Shown: piece after piece, positions 40,311-49,795 of the stretch
Layout: each line of letters starts with the position of its first letter
Numbering within the stretch: position 1 is the stretch's first letter
Source of the DNA: an uncultured Ignavibacteria bacterium
GTDB taxonomy: Bacteria > Bacteroidota > Ignavibacteria > SZUA-365
Direction of reading: 5' to 3'
Assembly: GCA_913061095.1 (NCBI GenBank)
Contig: CAJXVM010000015.1
Location: 8,870 to 72,869 of the forward strand
Length of the DNA stretch: 64,000 bases
Program-made: the position numbers and the translations under genes
The notes under the pieces: model-generated
Told to the model about the DNA's origin: nothing
Seen by the model: only the letters and a program-made list of their open reading frames with translations
Database searches by the model: none

Positions 40311-40799
40311 TTACGCGCCGGTGACGCGGAATCCTCTGTCGCGGAAATAGTCGGCGGCAGTTTTGCGGTGATCTCCCTGGATCTCGATCGTGTCGTCCTT
40401 CACCGTTCCCCCCGCGCCGCAGCGCGCCTTCAGCTCGCGCGCGAAATCCTGCAGATCCTGCCGCGTGTGGAAAAATCCCTTCACGACGGTCACGCCCTTT
40501 CCCTTGCGTCCCTTCTTCTCCAGCTGTACATGCAGCCTGGCCATCGATTTCGCGTGGTCCTGTGCGCGGCTCGCTCCTGCGCCGCCGCTCCCGCGGCGGC
40601 GGCTGTCTTTTCCCCCGGAACGTTGCTTCCCGCCAGAACGTTGCTTCCCGCCGGAATGCTGCTTCCCGCCGGAATGCTGTTTCCCCCCGGAGGTAGATTC
40701 CTCCGCAGCGGCATCTCCGGCACTGTCATCGCCGGGGTGTTCATCCCCGCCGCCGAAGATTTTTCCGAGGTCTGATAAATCGTTGAGTTTGGCGTTCAT
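40311..40799 (-). CDS. yciH: Translation initiation factor SUI1/YciH with a low-complexity N-terminal extension
   Basis: KKGRKGKGVTVV, CGAGGTVK and IEIQGDHR motifs. Confidence 0.9.
   Translation of the reverse strand: MNAKLNDLSDLGKIFGGGDEHPGDDSAGDAAAEESTSGGKQHSGGKQHSGGKQRSGGKQRSGGKDSRRRGSGGAGASRAQDHAKSMARLHVQLEKKGRKGKGVTVVKGFFHTRQDLQDFARELKARCGAGGTVKDDTIEIQGDHRKTAADYFRDRGFRVTGA
40609..40691 (-). repeat. 18-bp in-frame tandem repeat encoding SGGKQH/R
   Basis: SGGKQH x2, SGGKQR x2 and SGGKD in the SUI1 N-terminus. Confidence 0.9.
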
Positions 40800-41290
40800 G
40801 CGTGCTCCGGTCAGTTCTTCATGCCAGTATAGAAAAAACGCGCCGGAGTTGAAATGTCACCCGGCGGAATGCCGTTTCGCGTGATGATGATCGTACGCGT
40901 TCGGTGGAGTTCCGGATAGGGACGCCCCGGCTTGCTAACACGATCCTCATCAAATTGTCAAACAGTGCCAACGATTTGCTAACACTGTGGAGTGATATTG
41001 ATATACCCTCCTCTAAGAGCGAAAAGGAGAGGGGTGGTGTCAATCAGTATGTCCCATCGCCCCGCGGTCGCCCACCTTCCGCACACCACCCCTCATTTTT
41101 TCCGCATTCGCCGTCCGTTTTCAGGGTTCGTTCAGCGTCAGGCCCGTTGCGCATGCGGCGGGGATTCACGCATCGTCAGCAGCGAGTGCAGGGGATGCCG
41201 CTGTCACCACGGACGCTTCGTTCGCGTTTCTCCCGGGGATGTCTGTCCGGTCATAGTCCATGTCCGATGCGTTCCGTACATTTGTTCTCA

Positions 41291-43561
41291 ATGAAGGTCA
41301 TTCTATTACTTCTCGCGTTTCTGGCTGCCGACACTGCTTCGGCACAGGAATATCCGTTTGTGGACTGGAGTGCGCGGGGTGTGCCGCGAGACGCCGTGAA
41401 CGCGCTCGCGCAGGATCACCGCGGGTTCGTCTGGGCGGGGACCGAATGCAGCGGCCTGCTGCGGCTGGACGGCCGGCGTGTGCGCGCAATGCACTTGAAG
41501 CATCTCCCGATCGCGCGCCGGATCACCGCGCTCGCCGCTGACGGCGCGGGAACTCTGTTCGCCGGATCGGATGACGGGGTGACGGCCATACGTCTCGCCG
41601 CCGATGCGGATGATGCCGTGGACACCGTGCTGACGGCGCTGATGGACGGGATTCACGGTCCGGTTCACCGCCTGCAAATGACCGCGGCCCGGATTCTGCA
41701 CGTGGAGACTGGCGACGGTGCGTGGGATCTGAACCTGGGAGACAGCAGTGTTGTCACCGCACGAAGCACGCCTCCGCCGTGGGCGTTTCTGCGTGACCTC
41801 CTCCCGGGCTACCGGCTGCGCGGGATGGCGAAGGACTGTATCGGACAGTACTGGCTGGCAACCGACAGGGGACTGGTGCTCAAGGGCGATGGCTCACAGC
41901 ATGTATTCGATACATCGAATGGTCTTCCGGTGCAGGATCTGCGCAGTGTGCTCGTTGACCGCGAGATGAATGTCTGGTGCGGAAGTGCGCACGGGCTGTC
42001 GATGCATACGCCGGGACGGGCCACGCTGCTGACCGAAGGAAATCCGCTGCCTCGGGACTTCGGGGGCGTGCAGTGCCTGCTGGAGAGCGATGACCGCGGT
42101 ATCTGGATCGGCACCGCCAGGGCTGGATGCCTGCGACTGTTTGGCGGTCCGACGCTGCGGCTGACCGCCGGAGAAGGACTGCCTTCAAACAATGTCACAG
42201 CGCTGCTTGAGCTGCCGTCCGGTGAGCTGCTCGTCGGCACGGATTCCGGCCTCGTCGTCTTCAACGGCGAGCGTGTCGTTCCGGCGCCGGCGGGAATGCA
42301 TGCGGCCGGCCGGGCTGTCACCGCACTGCTGCAGGCGAGTGACCGCAGTTACTGGATCGCATCCGAGACAGGGCTGCTGCGCTGGAGCAGAACGACAGAC
42401 AGCTTCACGGTGCGCAGCGGCGAGCTTCCTTCACGGCACGTGCTCGCACTGGCCGAGGATGCATTCGGTTTTGTATGGGTGGGAACCCGGGCCGGTGTTG
42501 TGCGCCTGTCGGCGGCAGTGGGTGATGTTTATCGTATCCCCGAACTCGAGGGAATTCCGGTCAGCACACTGCATCGCGACCGCAAGGACCGCATATGGAT
42601 CGGAACGCACGGGGACGGAGTGTACGTGCGCAGTGAGGGAGCGTTGATGCGTCTCGGATCCCGCGACGGACTGGAATCGGATATCATTACCGGGATCGGG
42701 GAGGACAATTTCGGGTCGCTGTACTTCGGGACGGCTCGTGGGATTTCAAGACTGCCGCGAAAAAACATGCAGTACGTCATTCCCGTCGATTCGGCGCAGC
42801 GTGTCATACACCGGTTACCGCCCGCACATGTGCCGTATCTCCGCAGCAATGCCATGCATGCATTGTCATCCGCTGCCGGATTGAATCTGGGAGCTCTGTC
42901 TCGCGGAGCAGTACTGCGTACCCGCGACGGTTTTCTCTGGTTCGGATCGCTGCAGGGGGCGCTGCGATACGTGCCGTCGCGTCCCGCGGAGGTCGGCGAG
43001 TGGCGTCCGCCCTCCTGCCGCAGTCTCCGTCAGCCGCTGCCGGCCGTGCCTTTCGATATTGTGTTCTCCCGTCTCTGCATCAATGACACGTGTACCGCAC
43101 GCTCCGAAGTCATCGAGCTGGCATACGGCACGCATGTTCTTCGCGCCGAAATGATCGTGCCGTCATTCCGCAATCCGGGGGCGGTGCGGTATCTCTACAC
43201 TCTGCAGGGGCTGGAAAGCGCCTGGCATGAATCCCGTGACGGAAGTATCCTGTACTCCGGCCTGCCGCCGGGAAAGTACGTACTCACCGTGCAGGCCGGT
43301 CTGGGCGAAGGTATCTGGTCGCGGCGCCAGGATGTGCTGACCATCGTCGTCCGGCGTCCGTTTTACCTGACCCTCTGGTTCTGGGGCGTGCTGCTGCTGT
43401 TTGCCGGGTTGATCGGTTTCATGCTGAAGAAACACACGCATGAGCGTCAGCTCGCGCGACTGCACGCAGGAGGCAGGAGGCAGGAGGCAGTAGCGCCGAG
43501 CCAACAGCTCGGCGTGCCACCAACTACCAACTACCAACAACCAGAAACCAACAACCAATGA
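41291..43561 (+). CDS. Two-component-regulator propeller (Reg_prop) + Y_Y_Y periplasmic sensor with one TM helix and no cytoplasmic signalling domain
   Basis: Signal peptide, repeated GLPSN.V...EDxxGx(I/L)W(I/V)GT blades, YLYTLQG...Y.GLPPGKY, and PFYLTLWF TM. Only a tail of about 40 aa follows. Confidence 0.85.
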   Translation: MKVILLLLAFLAADTASAQEYPFVDWSARGVPRDAVNALAQDHRGFVWAGTECSGLLRLDGRRVRAMHLKHLPIARRITALAADGAGTLFAGSDDGVTAIRLAADADDAVDTVLTALMDGIHGPVHRLQMTAARILHVETGDGAWDLNLGDSSVVTARSTPPPWAFLRDLLPGYRLRGMAKDCIGQYWLATDRGLVLKGDGSQHVFDTSNGLPVQDLRSVLVDREMNVWCGSAHGLSMHTPGRATLLTEGNPLPRDFGGVQCLLESDDRGIWIGTARAGCLRLFGGPTLRLTAGEGLPSNNVTALLELPSGELLVGTDSGLVVFNGERVVPAPAGMHAAGRAVTALLQASDRSYWIASETGLLRWSRTTDSFTVRSGELPSRHVLALAEDAFGFVWVGTRAGVVRLSAAVGDVYRIPELEGIPVSTLHRDRKDRIWIGTHGDGVYVRSEGALMRLGSRDGLESDIITGIGEDNFGSLYFGTARGISRLPRKNMQYVIPVDSAQRVIHRLPPAHVPYLRSNAMHALSSAAGLNLGALSRGAVLRTRDGFLWFGSLQGALRYVPSRPAEVGEWRPPSCRSLRQPLPAVPFDIVFSRLCINDTCTARSEVIELAYGTHVLRAEMIVPSFRNPGAVRYLYTLQGLESAWHESRDGSILYSGLPPGKYVLTVQAGLGEGIWSRRQDVLTIVVRRPFYLTLWFWGVLLLFAGLIGFMLKKHTHERQLARLHAGGRRQEAVAPSQQLGVPPTTNYQQPETNNQ
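43466..43557. repeat. Two heptamer tandem arrays: GCAGGAG x4 and CAAC(T/A)AC x5
   Basis: Read directly at 43466-43493 and 43521-43555. Confidence 0.85.
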
Positions 43562-44685
43562 CCATCAACGATATCCGCGCGGAATTTCCTTTCCTTGAAA
43601 CAGGCATGATCTACCTGAATCACGCCGCCACGGGACCATGGCCGCGTTCGGCGGAGCGGCGGGTGCAGCAGCATGTCGAAGGACGCACACATGGACCGGT
43701 GGAGATATTTCAGCGCACGATCAAACTGATCTCCGGTGCGCGGGAGATGGCAGCCGACATGATCGGCACGGATCCATCCCGCGTCGCATTCGTGCAGAAT
43801 ACATCCGAGGGACTCAACATCCTCGCGCAGGGACTCGATTGGAAATCAGGCGATCGTATCCTCCTGATCGAGCAGGAATTCCCCTCGAACGTATATCCCT
43901 TCATCAATCTCCGCCGGCACGGTGTGGAAATCGATTTCGTGCCGCAGCGGGATGGACGCATCGAACTCGCTGACATCGAGCAGGCTCTGACGCCGCGCAC
44001 GCGTATCCTCGCGGTGAGCTGGGTGCAGTTTCTCTCGGGCTTCCGTCTCGATCTCGCCGCGCTGAAGCAGATGTGCGACCGGCACGGCACACTTCTCAGC
44101 GTCGATGCCATCCAGGGAGTCGGCGCGATCCGGCTCAACCTGCGTGAAACGCCGGTGGACTTTCTCAGTGCGGGCGTGCAGAAATGGCAGCTTGGTCCGC
44201 AGGGCGTCGGCATCGTGTACGTGTCGGAGCGTGCACAGGACGTGATTCGCCAGGCGCACCTCGGCTGGATCAGTGTGCGCAACGCATGGGATTTCTTCGA
44301 CTACGAACAGGAGCTGCAGGAGGATGCGCGGCGCTACGAAAACGGCACGTACAACGCCATCGGGATTTCGGGATATCACGGGTCGCTGGAGCTGTTCAGC
44401 AGAGTGGGTTTCGATCGCGCGTCGGAGCTTGTCCGTGCGAACGCCGCGCATACCTGGCGCCGTGCACACGAACGTGGATTCGACGTTGTCACGCCGGAGA
44501 GCGCGGGTGAGCGCGCCGGCATCGTCACGCTGCGGCATGAGCGGGCGGAGGAGCTGCAGAAGGCACTGCATGAGCGGAATATCATTGTCTCCGCGCGCGT
44601 GGGACATATCCGCATCTCTCCGCATTTCTACAATACCACCGATGAGATCGACGCCATGCTGAATGTGCTGCACGAGCTGTTGTGA
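43558..44685 (+). CDS. Aminotransferase class V PLP enzyme (SufS-like fold)
   Basis: YLNHAA, NTSEG, VDAIQ, QKW and RISPHFYN motifs. No catalytic-loop Cys, so probably not a persulfide-forming desulfurase. Confidence 0.88.
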   Translation: MTINDIRAEFPFLETGMIYLNHAATGPWPRSAERRVQQHVEGRTHGPVEIFQRTIKLISGAREMAADMIGTDPSRVAFVQNTSEGLNILAQGLDWKSGDRILLIEQEFPSNVYPFINLRRHGVEIDFVPQRDGRIELADIEQALTPRTRILAVSWVQFLSGFRLDLAALKQMCDRHGTLLSVDAIQGVGAIRLNLRETPVDFLSAGVQKWQLGPQGVGIVYVSERAQDVIRQAHLGWISVRNAWDFFDYEQELQEDARRYENGTYNAIGISGYHGSLELFSRVGFDRASELVRANAAHTWRRAHERGFDVVTPESAGERAGIVTLRHERAEELQKALHERNIIVSARVGHIRISPHFYNTTDEIDAMLNVLHELL

Positions 44686-44786
44686 GTGCGCTCCCCTGAT
44701 TTCCTTTTCCGACATTCATATGCTACATTTTCAGTCTATCCGTACTGTGCGGATACCGCATGTTCAACTGCAACAGACCGTGACTC

Positions 44787-46409
44787 ATGAAAAAAATCGT
44801 CGAATGTGTCCCGAATTTTTCCGAAGGCCGTGACCAGGGCATTATCGATGCCATTGCGGCGAGCATCCGTGAGACGCCGGGATGCACACTGCTCGATGTC
44901 GATCCGGGGAAATCCACCAACCGTACGGTGTACACGTTTGTCGGTTCGCCGGAGGCCGTGGTCGAGGGAGCGCTGAACGCCGCCCGCCGGGCGTACGAGC
45001 TGATCGACATGACAAAGCACAGCGGCGAACATCCGCGCATGGGCGCGATGGATGTCTGTCCGTTCGTTCCCGTTGCAAACGTCACCATGGAGGACTGCGT
45101 GGAATGCGCAAAGGCATTCGGCAAACGCGCGGCGGAAGAGCTGGGCATCCCGCTCTATCTCTACGAGGAGGCGGCCACGCAGGATTACCGCAAAAGCCTC
45201 AAGCAGATCCGCGCCGGCGAGTACGAGGGCATGAAGGATAAAATCACGAAGGAGGAATGGAAGCCCGATTTCGGCCCGGCGAAGTTCGTGCCCCGCTGGG
45301 GCGCGACGGCTACCGGCGCGCGTTTCTTCCTCATTGCCTACAACGTCAATATTCTCGGCACGAAGGAGCAATCCCACCGCATCGCGCTGAATGTGCGTGA
45401 GCAGGGACGCGGTCCGGAGGAGCCCGGCCGTCTGAAAGCCGTCAAGGGCATCGGCTGGTACGTCGACGAGTACAACATGGCGCAGGTGTCGATGAATCTC
45501 GACAATTACACCATCACTCCGCCGCACGTGGCCTTCGAGGAATGCGTCAGGGATGCGAAGGAACTGAATCTGGCGGTCGCCGGATCGGAGATCGTGGGTC
45601 TGATTCCGCTCGAGGCCATGCTGCTGGCAGCGGATTACTACATCGAAAAGGAAAATCTTTTCATTCTCGACGAGAAGCAGAAGATTCATCTCGTCATTCA
45701 GCGGCTGGGACTCAATTCCGTCTCGACCTTCGTTCCCGAGAAACGCATCATCGAATACATGATCGAGGAAGAAAACAGCGAGCCGCTGGCGAGCATGACC
45801 GTGCGTGACTTCATCGAACTCACGGGCTCGCGCACCTCCGCTCCGGGCGGCGGGTCCGCTTCGGCACTGATCGCCGGCATGGGTGCGGCACTCGGCACGA
45901 TGGTGGGATGGATGACCTACGGCAAGCGGAAGTTCGAAGAGAAGGACGAGACCATGCGCGGCCTCATTCCGCCGCTGCATCATGCGATGAAGGATCTGAT
46001 TCCCATGATCGATGCCGACACCAATGCCTTCAACGACTACATGGAAGCGCTGGGCATGCCGAAGAAGACCGATGAGCAGAAAACGGCACGGACGGCGGCG
46101 ATGCAGGCCGGACTGAAGAAGGCCGTTGACGTGCCGCTCTCGACGATGCGCATTGCCGACCGCTGCTGGGACACCATGGAAGAGATGGCCCTGCACGGCA
46201 ACATCAACTCCCGCTCGGACCTCGAGGTTGGCGCGAAGGCACTGGAGACGGGCATCTGGGGCGCGTACAAGAACGTGATGATCAACCTCCCCAGCATCAC
46301 CGATGAGGACTTCAAACTGAAAATCACCGGTGAGGCGGATGCCCTGCTCGCACGCGCAAAGGAGAAATGCATTTCCGTGCTTACCAGGCTCGAGGAGCGG
46401 GAGCGGTAA
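44787..46409 (+). CDS. ftcd: Bifunctional glutamate formimidoyltransferase / formimidoyl-THF cyclodeaminase
   Basis: ECVPNFSEGR, HPRMGAMDVCPF and QVSMNL motifs, plus a C-terminal APGGGSA cyclodeaminase domain. Confidence 0.95.
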   Translation: MKKIVECVPNFSEGRDQGIIDAIAASIRETPGCTLLDVDPGKSTNRTVYTFVGSPEAVVEGALNAARRAYELIDMTKHSGEHPRMGAMDVCPFVPVANVTMEDCVECAKAFGKRAAEELGIPLYLYEEAATQDYRKSLKQIRAGEYEGMKDKITKEEWKPDFGPAKFVPRWGATATGARFFLIAYNVNILGTKEQSHRIALNVREQGRGPEEPGRLKAVKGIGWYVDEYNMAQVSMNLDNYTITPPHVAFEECVRDAKELNLAVAGSEIVGLIPLEAMLLAADYYIEKENLFILDEKQKIHLVIQRLGLNSVSTFVPEKRIIEYMIEEENSEPLASMTVRDFIELTGSRTSAPGGGSASALIAGMGAALGTMVGWMTYGKRKFEEKDETMRGLIPPLHHAMKDLIPMIDADTNAFNDYMEALGMPKKTDEQKTARTAAMQAGLKKAVDVPLSTMRIADRCWDTMEEMALHGNINSRSDLEVGAKALETGIWGAYKNVMINLPSITDEDFKLKITGEADALLARAKEKCISVLTRLEERER

Positions 46410-46631
46410 TTATTTTTTCGGGGCCAGTTCCCGTGCGGTTCCCGGATCCAGGAAGCCGCAGCTCTTGTGCGCTCCGTCGCAGAACGGCTTGTTCGTCGAC
46501 TCGCCGCAGCGGCAGAGGAAGATCGTGTCGCGTCCGCCGAGCTTGTACGCGATGCCGTCCTTGTCTTCGAGGGTAAATTCTCCGGTGACTTTCAGGGGGC
46601 CGTTTTCATTGACCGTGATGGTTGACGCCAT
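46410..46631 (-). CDS. CDGSH iron-sulfur domain protein
   Basis: NGPL and LCRCGESTNKPFCDGAH motifs. GAGG SD upstream. Confidence 0.92.
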   Translation of the reverse strand: MASTITVNENGPLKVTGEFTLEDKDGIAYKLGGRDTIFLCRCGESTNKPFCDGAHKSCGFLDPGTARELAPKK

Positions 46632-46905
46632 AACTGTGTTCCTCAATGTGTTTGCATAGAGTTTATGTGTCTGTAAAACACCGGGGAATCTGGAGAGTTC
46701 CAGGGGGGCGACAGGAGCGTGAGGATTGTCATATCCCAAGACAGGGATGGGCGCCGCTGGGCGCTCCTCACACGCGCGCGTGACATCGCGTGTATTCGCC
46801 CTTTCAGGGCGCATCTGATGCGGATGTCATTGGTAGTAGGCCGATGCTGGATCGTTCGTGATACTGTGACACTGATCGAGGCCGTATCGAGGGACGGGGA
46901 ATCAA

Positions 46906-47796
46906 TCACTCTGCGGGCAGTTCCCAGAGCGGGATGTATCCTACTTCACGGACGATATTCTGCCCGCTGTTGCTGAGGATCCAGTCGACGAACATCTTCA
47001 TCGCACCATCGGGTGGCTCGGCGGCAAACAGGTACAGGTAGCGGGCAATGGGGTAGCTGCCGTTGCGCACATTCTCGGCCGTGGGCTCGACGCCGTCGAC
47101 AGCGATGTGGATGACATCCCTTCCATACGCAAGTCCCCCGTATCCGATTGCCGTGGAATCCGCGCGTACCTCGCGAATGACGGCCGCCGTCGTGGGAACG
47201 CTGGTGGAGCGCTCGGTATAGGAATCCCCCTCGAGAACATGCTCCTCGAAGAACAGAAATGTACCGGAATTGGGCGGACGACTGATCACCCGAATCGGCG
47301 CGTCCGCGCCCCCGACCTCCTTCCAGTCAGTGATCGCGCCGGTAAAAATGCCGCGAAGCTGTGCGAGGCTGAGGTCATCAACGGGATTGTCGGGATGGAG
47401 GTACACGCTGAGCGCATCCTTGGCGGTCAGGATGCTGAGTCCCAGCGATCCGCGTTTCTGCAGCAGCAGCTTCACTTCGGGAGCTCGCAGTGTGCGCGAG
47501 GCGGATGTCAGATCCGTTTCCCCCTCGATCAGTGCGCGGATGCCGGTTTCCGTGCCGCCGCCCTCCACGTACACCGCGATGTCGGGATGCAGTTTCATGA
47601 ACTCCTCGGCCCAGCGGTTGACGAGCCGCAGCATGGTGTCGGATCCCTTGATGCGGATGCTGCGCATCCCCGCGTCCTCGCTTTCCGCACTGCCGCTGCA
47701 GGCTGACAGTGCGAGTGCAATCACCATGGCAGGCAGGATGGATCGGGCAACGGAACGGCGTGCCGGCCGGGAACCGATGCGGGCTGTGACACTCAT
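46906..47796 (-). CDS. PstS-like phosphate-binding lipoprotein (orphan)
   Basis: Lipobox LSA-C, IKGSDTM, GGGTETG, SR, SGT and YPIARYLY motifs. ATGA overlap with the upstream gene. Confidence 0.88.
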   Translation of the reverse strand: MSVTARIGSRPARRSVARSILPAMVIALALSACSGSAESEDAGMRSIRIKGSDTMLRLVNRWAEEFMKLHPDIAVYVEGGGTETGIRALIEGETDLTSASRTLRAPEVKLLLQKRGSLGLSILTAKDALSVYLHPDNPVDDLSLAQLRGIFTGAITDWKEVGGADAPIRVISRPPNSGTFLFFEEHVLEGDSYTERSTSVPTTAAVIREVRADSTAIGYGGLAYGRDVIHIAVDGVEPTAENVRNGSYPIARYLYLFAAEPPDGAMKMFVDWILSNSGQNIVREVGYIPLWELPAE

Positions 47797-49457
47797 CGTT
47801 CCTCCGCGAGAGATTGAAGACGTGCATTGATATACCGGGCGCCGGTCACCCACTGTGGCGGTTCATAGGTGTTGGCGAGACCGGCGAGGTAGGCCAGCAG
47901 CACGGCGGCGTGCTGCCGCACCGCATCCGGATTGACGGACTGCTGCGGGTCGTCCGAGGGACGGTGATAATGGGTTTTTCCCCATTCGATGAACTGCCGG
48001 AACCCCTGGTCATCGGGCAGATTGCGGTACTGCCGCCCCTCCATGATCAGAATCGACGGGATGCCGACCTGTGCGAAGGCGATCTGGTCGGAGCTCGAAA
48101 ATGCGTCCTGGATATCCACCTCCGGGGGCAGATCCGACACCGCGAGTCCCAGTTCATAGGCAATGCGCAGCAGATGCGTCTGCAGCGTTGAGAATTCCGC
48201 TCCCACCCCGACCACATCATCGAAGGTGTCGATGATGGCAAGTCCGTCGACGTTGAGATTCGCCGTGGTGCGATGCAGCGGAAAGACGGGGTTTCTGCAG
48301 TAGTACTGCGATCCCAGGAGTCCCTTCTCTTCTCCCGTTACAAGGAGAAAGATGATGCTGCGCCGCAGCGTCACATCCGATGCGGCAAGGACGCGCGCCA
48401 GTTCGAGCACTGCCGCCGTGCCGAGCGCGTTGTCGACGAAGCCGTTGTAAATGGAGTCGCCGTTCATTGCCGGACCGCGGCCGAGATGGTCGTAATGCGC
48501 ACTGAGCACGATGTAGGAATCCCTCAGCAGAGGATCCTGGCCCTCGAGCAAGCCGACGACATTCGCAGAGAGAAAATCCCTCTGCCGGAACACACCGGAG
48601 AACCTCGCGCGGGACTGCAGCGGGAAGCTGCGGACCGTGTTCGTCGAATCCATGCGCAGAACATCCTGCAGCGACTGTCCGCTGCCCGCGAACAGGAAAT
48701 CACACAGATCGCGTCGCAGCAGCAGGCTCAGATGACCCGGCACGGTGATCGGCAGCCGCACATCCTCGAACGAGAACATCCGGCGCCAGTCCTGCCAGAT
48801 CAAACCCTGGTCGTCACGCGGCAGGGGAATGGTGATGCTGCCCCGGGCGCCGCGTGAGAGCGCCACGCGCTGCTTCATCTCCGGGATGGAATAGATGGTC
48901 GGCCAGCTGCCGTTGAAGTAATCCGCATCCTGCGAGCGCGGCTCTCCCGAGAGGAAGACCACGATGGCGTCTTCGACATCCATGTTGTAGTAATCGTTAT
49001 AGTCGAATTCGGGCGCGATGATGCCGTATCCCACGAATACCAGGCGCAGAGGCTGGGGGAGAAAGGTCTGCGCGCCGGTCTTGTACAGCACGTAATCCTC
49101 CCACAGTTCAAGCTCGCGCTCGGTACCGTCGTTGATGACGGACAAACGGCTTTCGGGCAGGGGGATGCTGCCGTGCAGGGGGAAGTGCTGAAACCACGTG
49201 GAGTCGTCACCGGCCGGCCGGATGCCGGCGCGCGCCAGTTCGGATGCGATGTAGGCGGCGGCCCCCCGCTCGCCGGCGGTGCCCGTGCCGCGTCCGCCGA
49301 GCGAATCGTGCGCGAGTGCACGCGCATGCCGCAGGAGAGAATCGGCGGAGATCCGCTCCATCGCCGCACGCACGTCGGGGGTGACCAGCCGCTGCTGCGC
49401 CTGGATGGACGCGGCGGTGGTCAACAGGAGGAGCAGTATGGAGAGTGATCTGCGCAT
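47793..49457 (-). CDS. M28 family metallopeptidase with a PA domain
   Basis: GRGTGT, FVGYGI, SAHYDHLG, DNALG, GEEKGLLGS and YHRPSD motifs. Confidence 0.92.
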   Translation of the reverse strand: MRRSLSILLLLLTTAASIQAQQRLVTPDVRAAMERISADSLLRHARALAHDSLGGRGTGTAGERGAAAYIASELARAGIRPAGDDSTWFQHFPLHGSIPLPESRLSVINDGTERELELWEDYVLYKTGAQTFLPQPLRLVFVGYGIIAPEFDYNDYYNMDVEDAIVVFLSGEPRSQDADYFNGSWPTIYSIPEMKQRVALSRGARGSITIPLPRDDQGLIWQDWRRMFSFEDVRLPITVPGHLSLLLRRDLCDFLFAGSGQSLQDVLRMDSTNTVRSFPLQSRARFSGVFRQRDFLSANVVGLLEGQDPLLRDSYIVLSAHYDHLGRGPAMNGDSIYNGFVDNALGTAAVLELARVLAASDVTLRRSIIFLLVTGEEKGLLGSQYYCRNPVFPLHRTTANLNVDGLAIIDTFDDVVGVGAEFSTLQTHLLRIAYELGLAVSDLPPEVDIQDAFSSSDQIAFAQVGIPSILIMEGRQYRNLPDDQGFRQFIEWGKTHYHRPSDDPQQSVNPDAVRQHAAVLLAYLAGLANTYEPPQWVTGARYINARLQSLAEER

Positions 49458-49585
49458 GCGTGCGTTTCCCGTGAATATACGAAGTGGAGAACGATACCGC
49501 ACGGCGATGTGCGTTCGCAACTGTGTACTAAACCATTCACCCCGCATATTTGTTCTTTTGTACACGGATAAAATGGAGGATTTCA

Positions 49586-49795
49586 ATGACTGAACAGACA
49601 ATCCGAATCCAGGGAATGACCTGCAATCACTGCGTGATGTCCGTTCGCCGCGCCCTCGCCGCAATCGACGCCGTGGAAGTCGAAGACGTGCAGATCGGCA
49701 ATGCCGTTGTGCGCTTCGACGGCTCGGACGAGAAGCGGAAGGAAATTGATGCGGCGATTACAAACGCGGGATACAGCGTCACGGCGCATGAATAG
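49586..49795 (+). CDS. copZ: Copper chaperone (HMA domain)
   Basis: GMTCNHC motif, GGAGG SD, and overlap with the copA start. Confidence 0.9.
   Translation: MTEQTIRIQGMTCNHCVMSVRRALAAIDAVEVEDVQIGNAVVRFDGSDEKRKEIDAAITNAGYSVTAHE

Noticed and set aside
40955-40985. sigma54 promoter in the SUI1/sensor intergenic region
   Set aside because: TTGGCAC is present on the minus strand, but there is no GC at the required 10-nt spacing.
49458-49585. CsoR/CopY/CueR operator upstream of copZ-copA
   Set aside because: Only a widely spaced 6-bp inverted repeat (GTGTAC/GTACAC) is present, with no convincing consensus.
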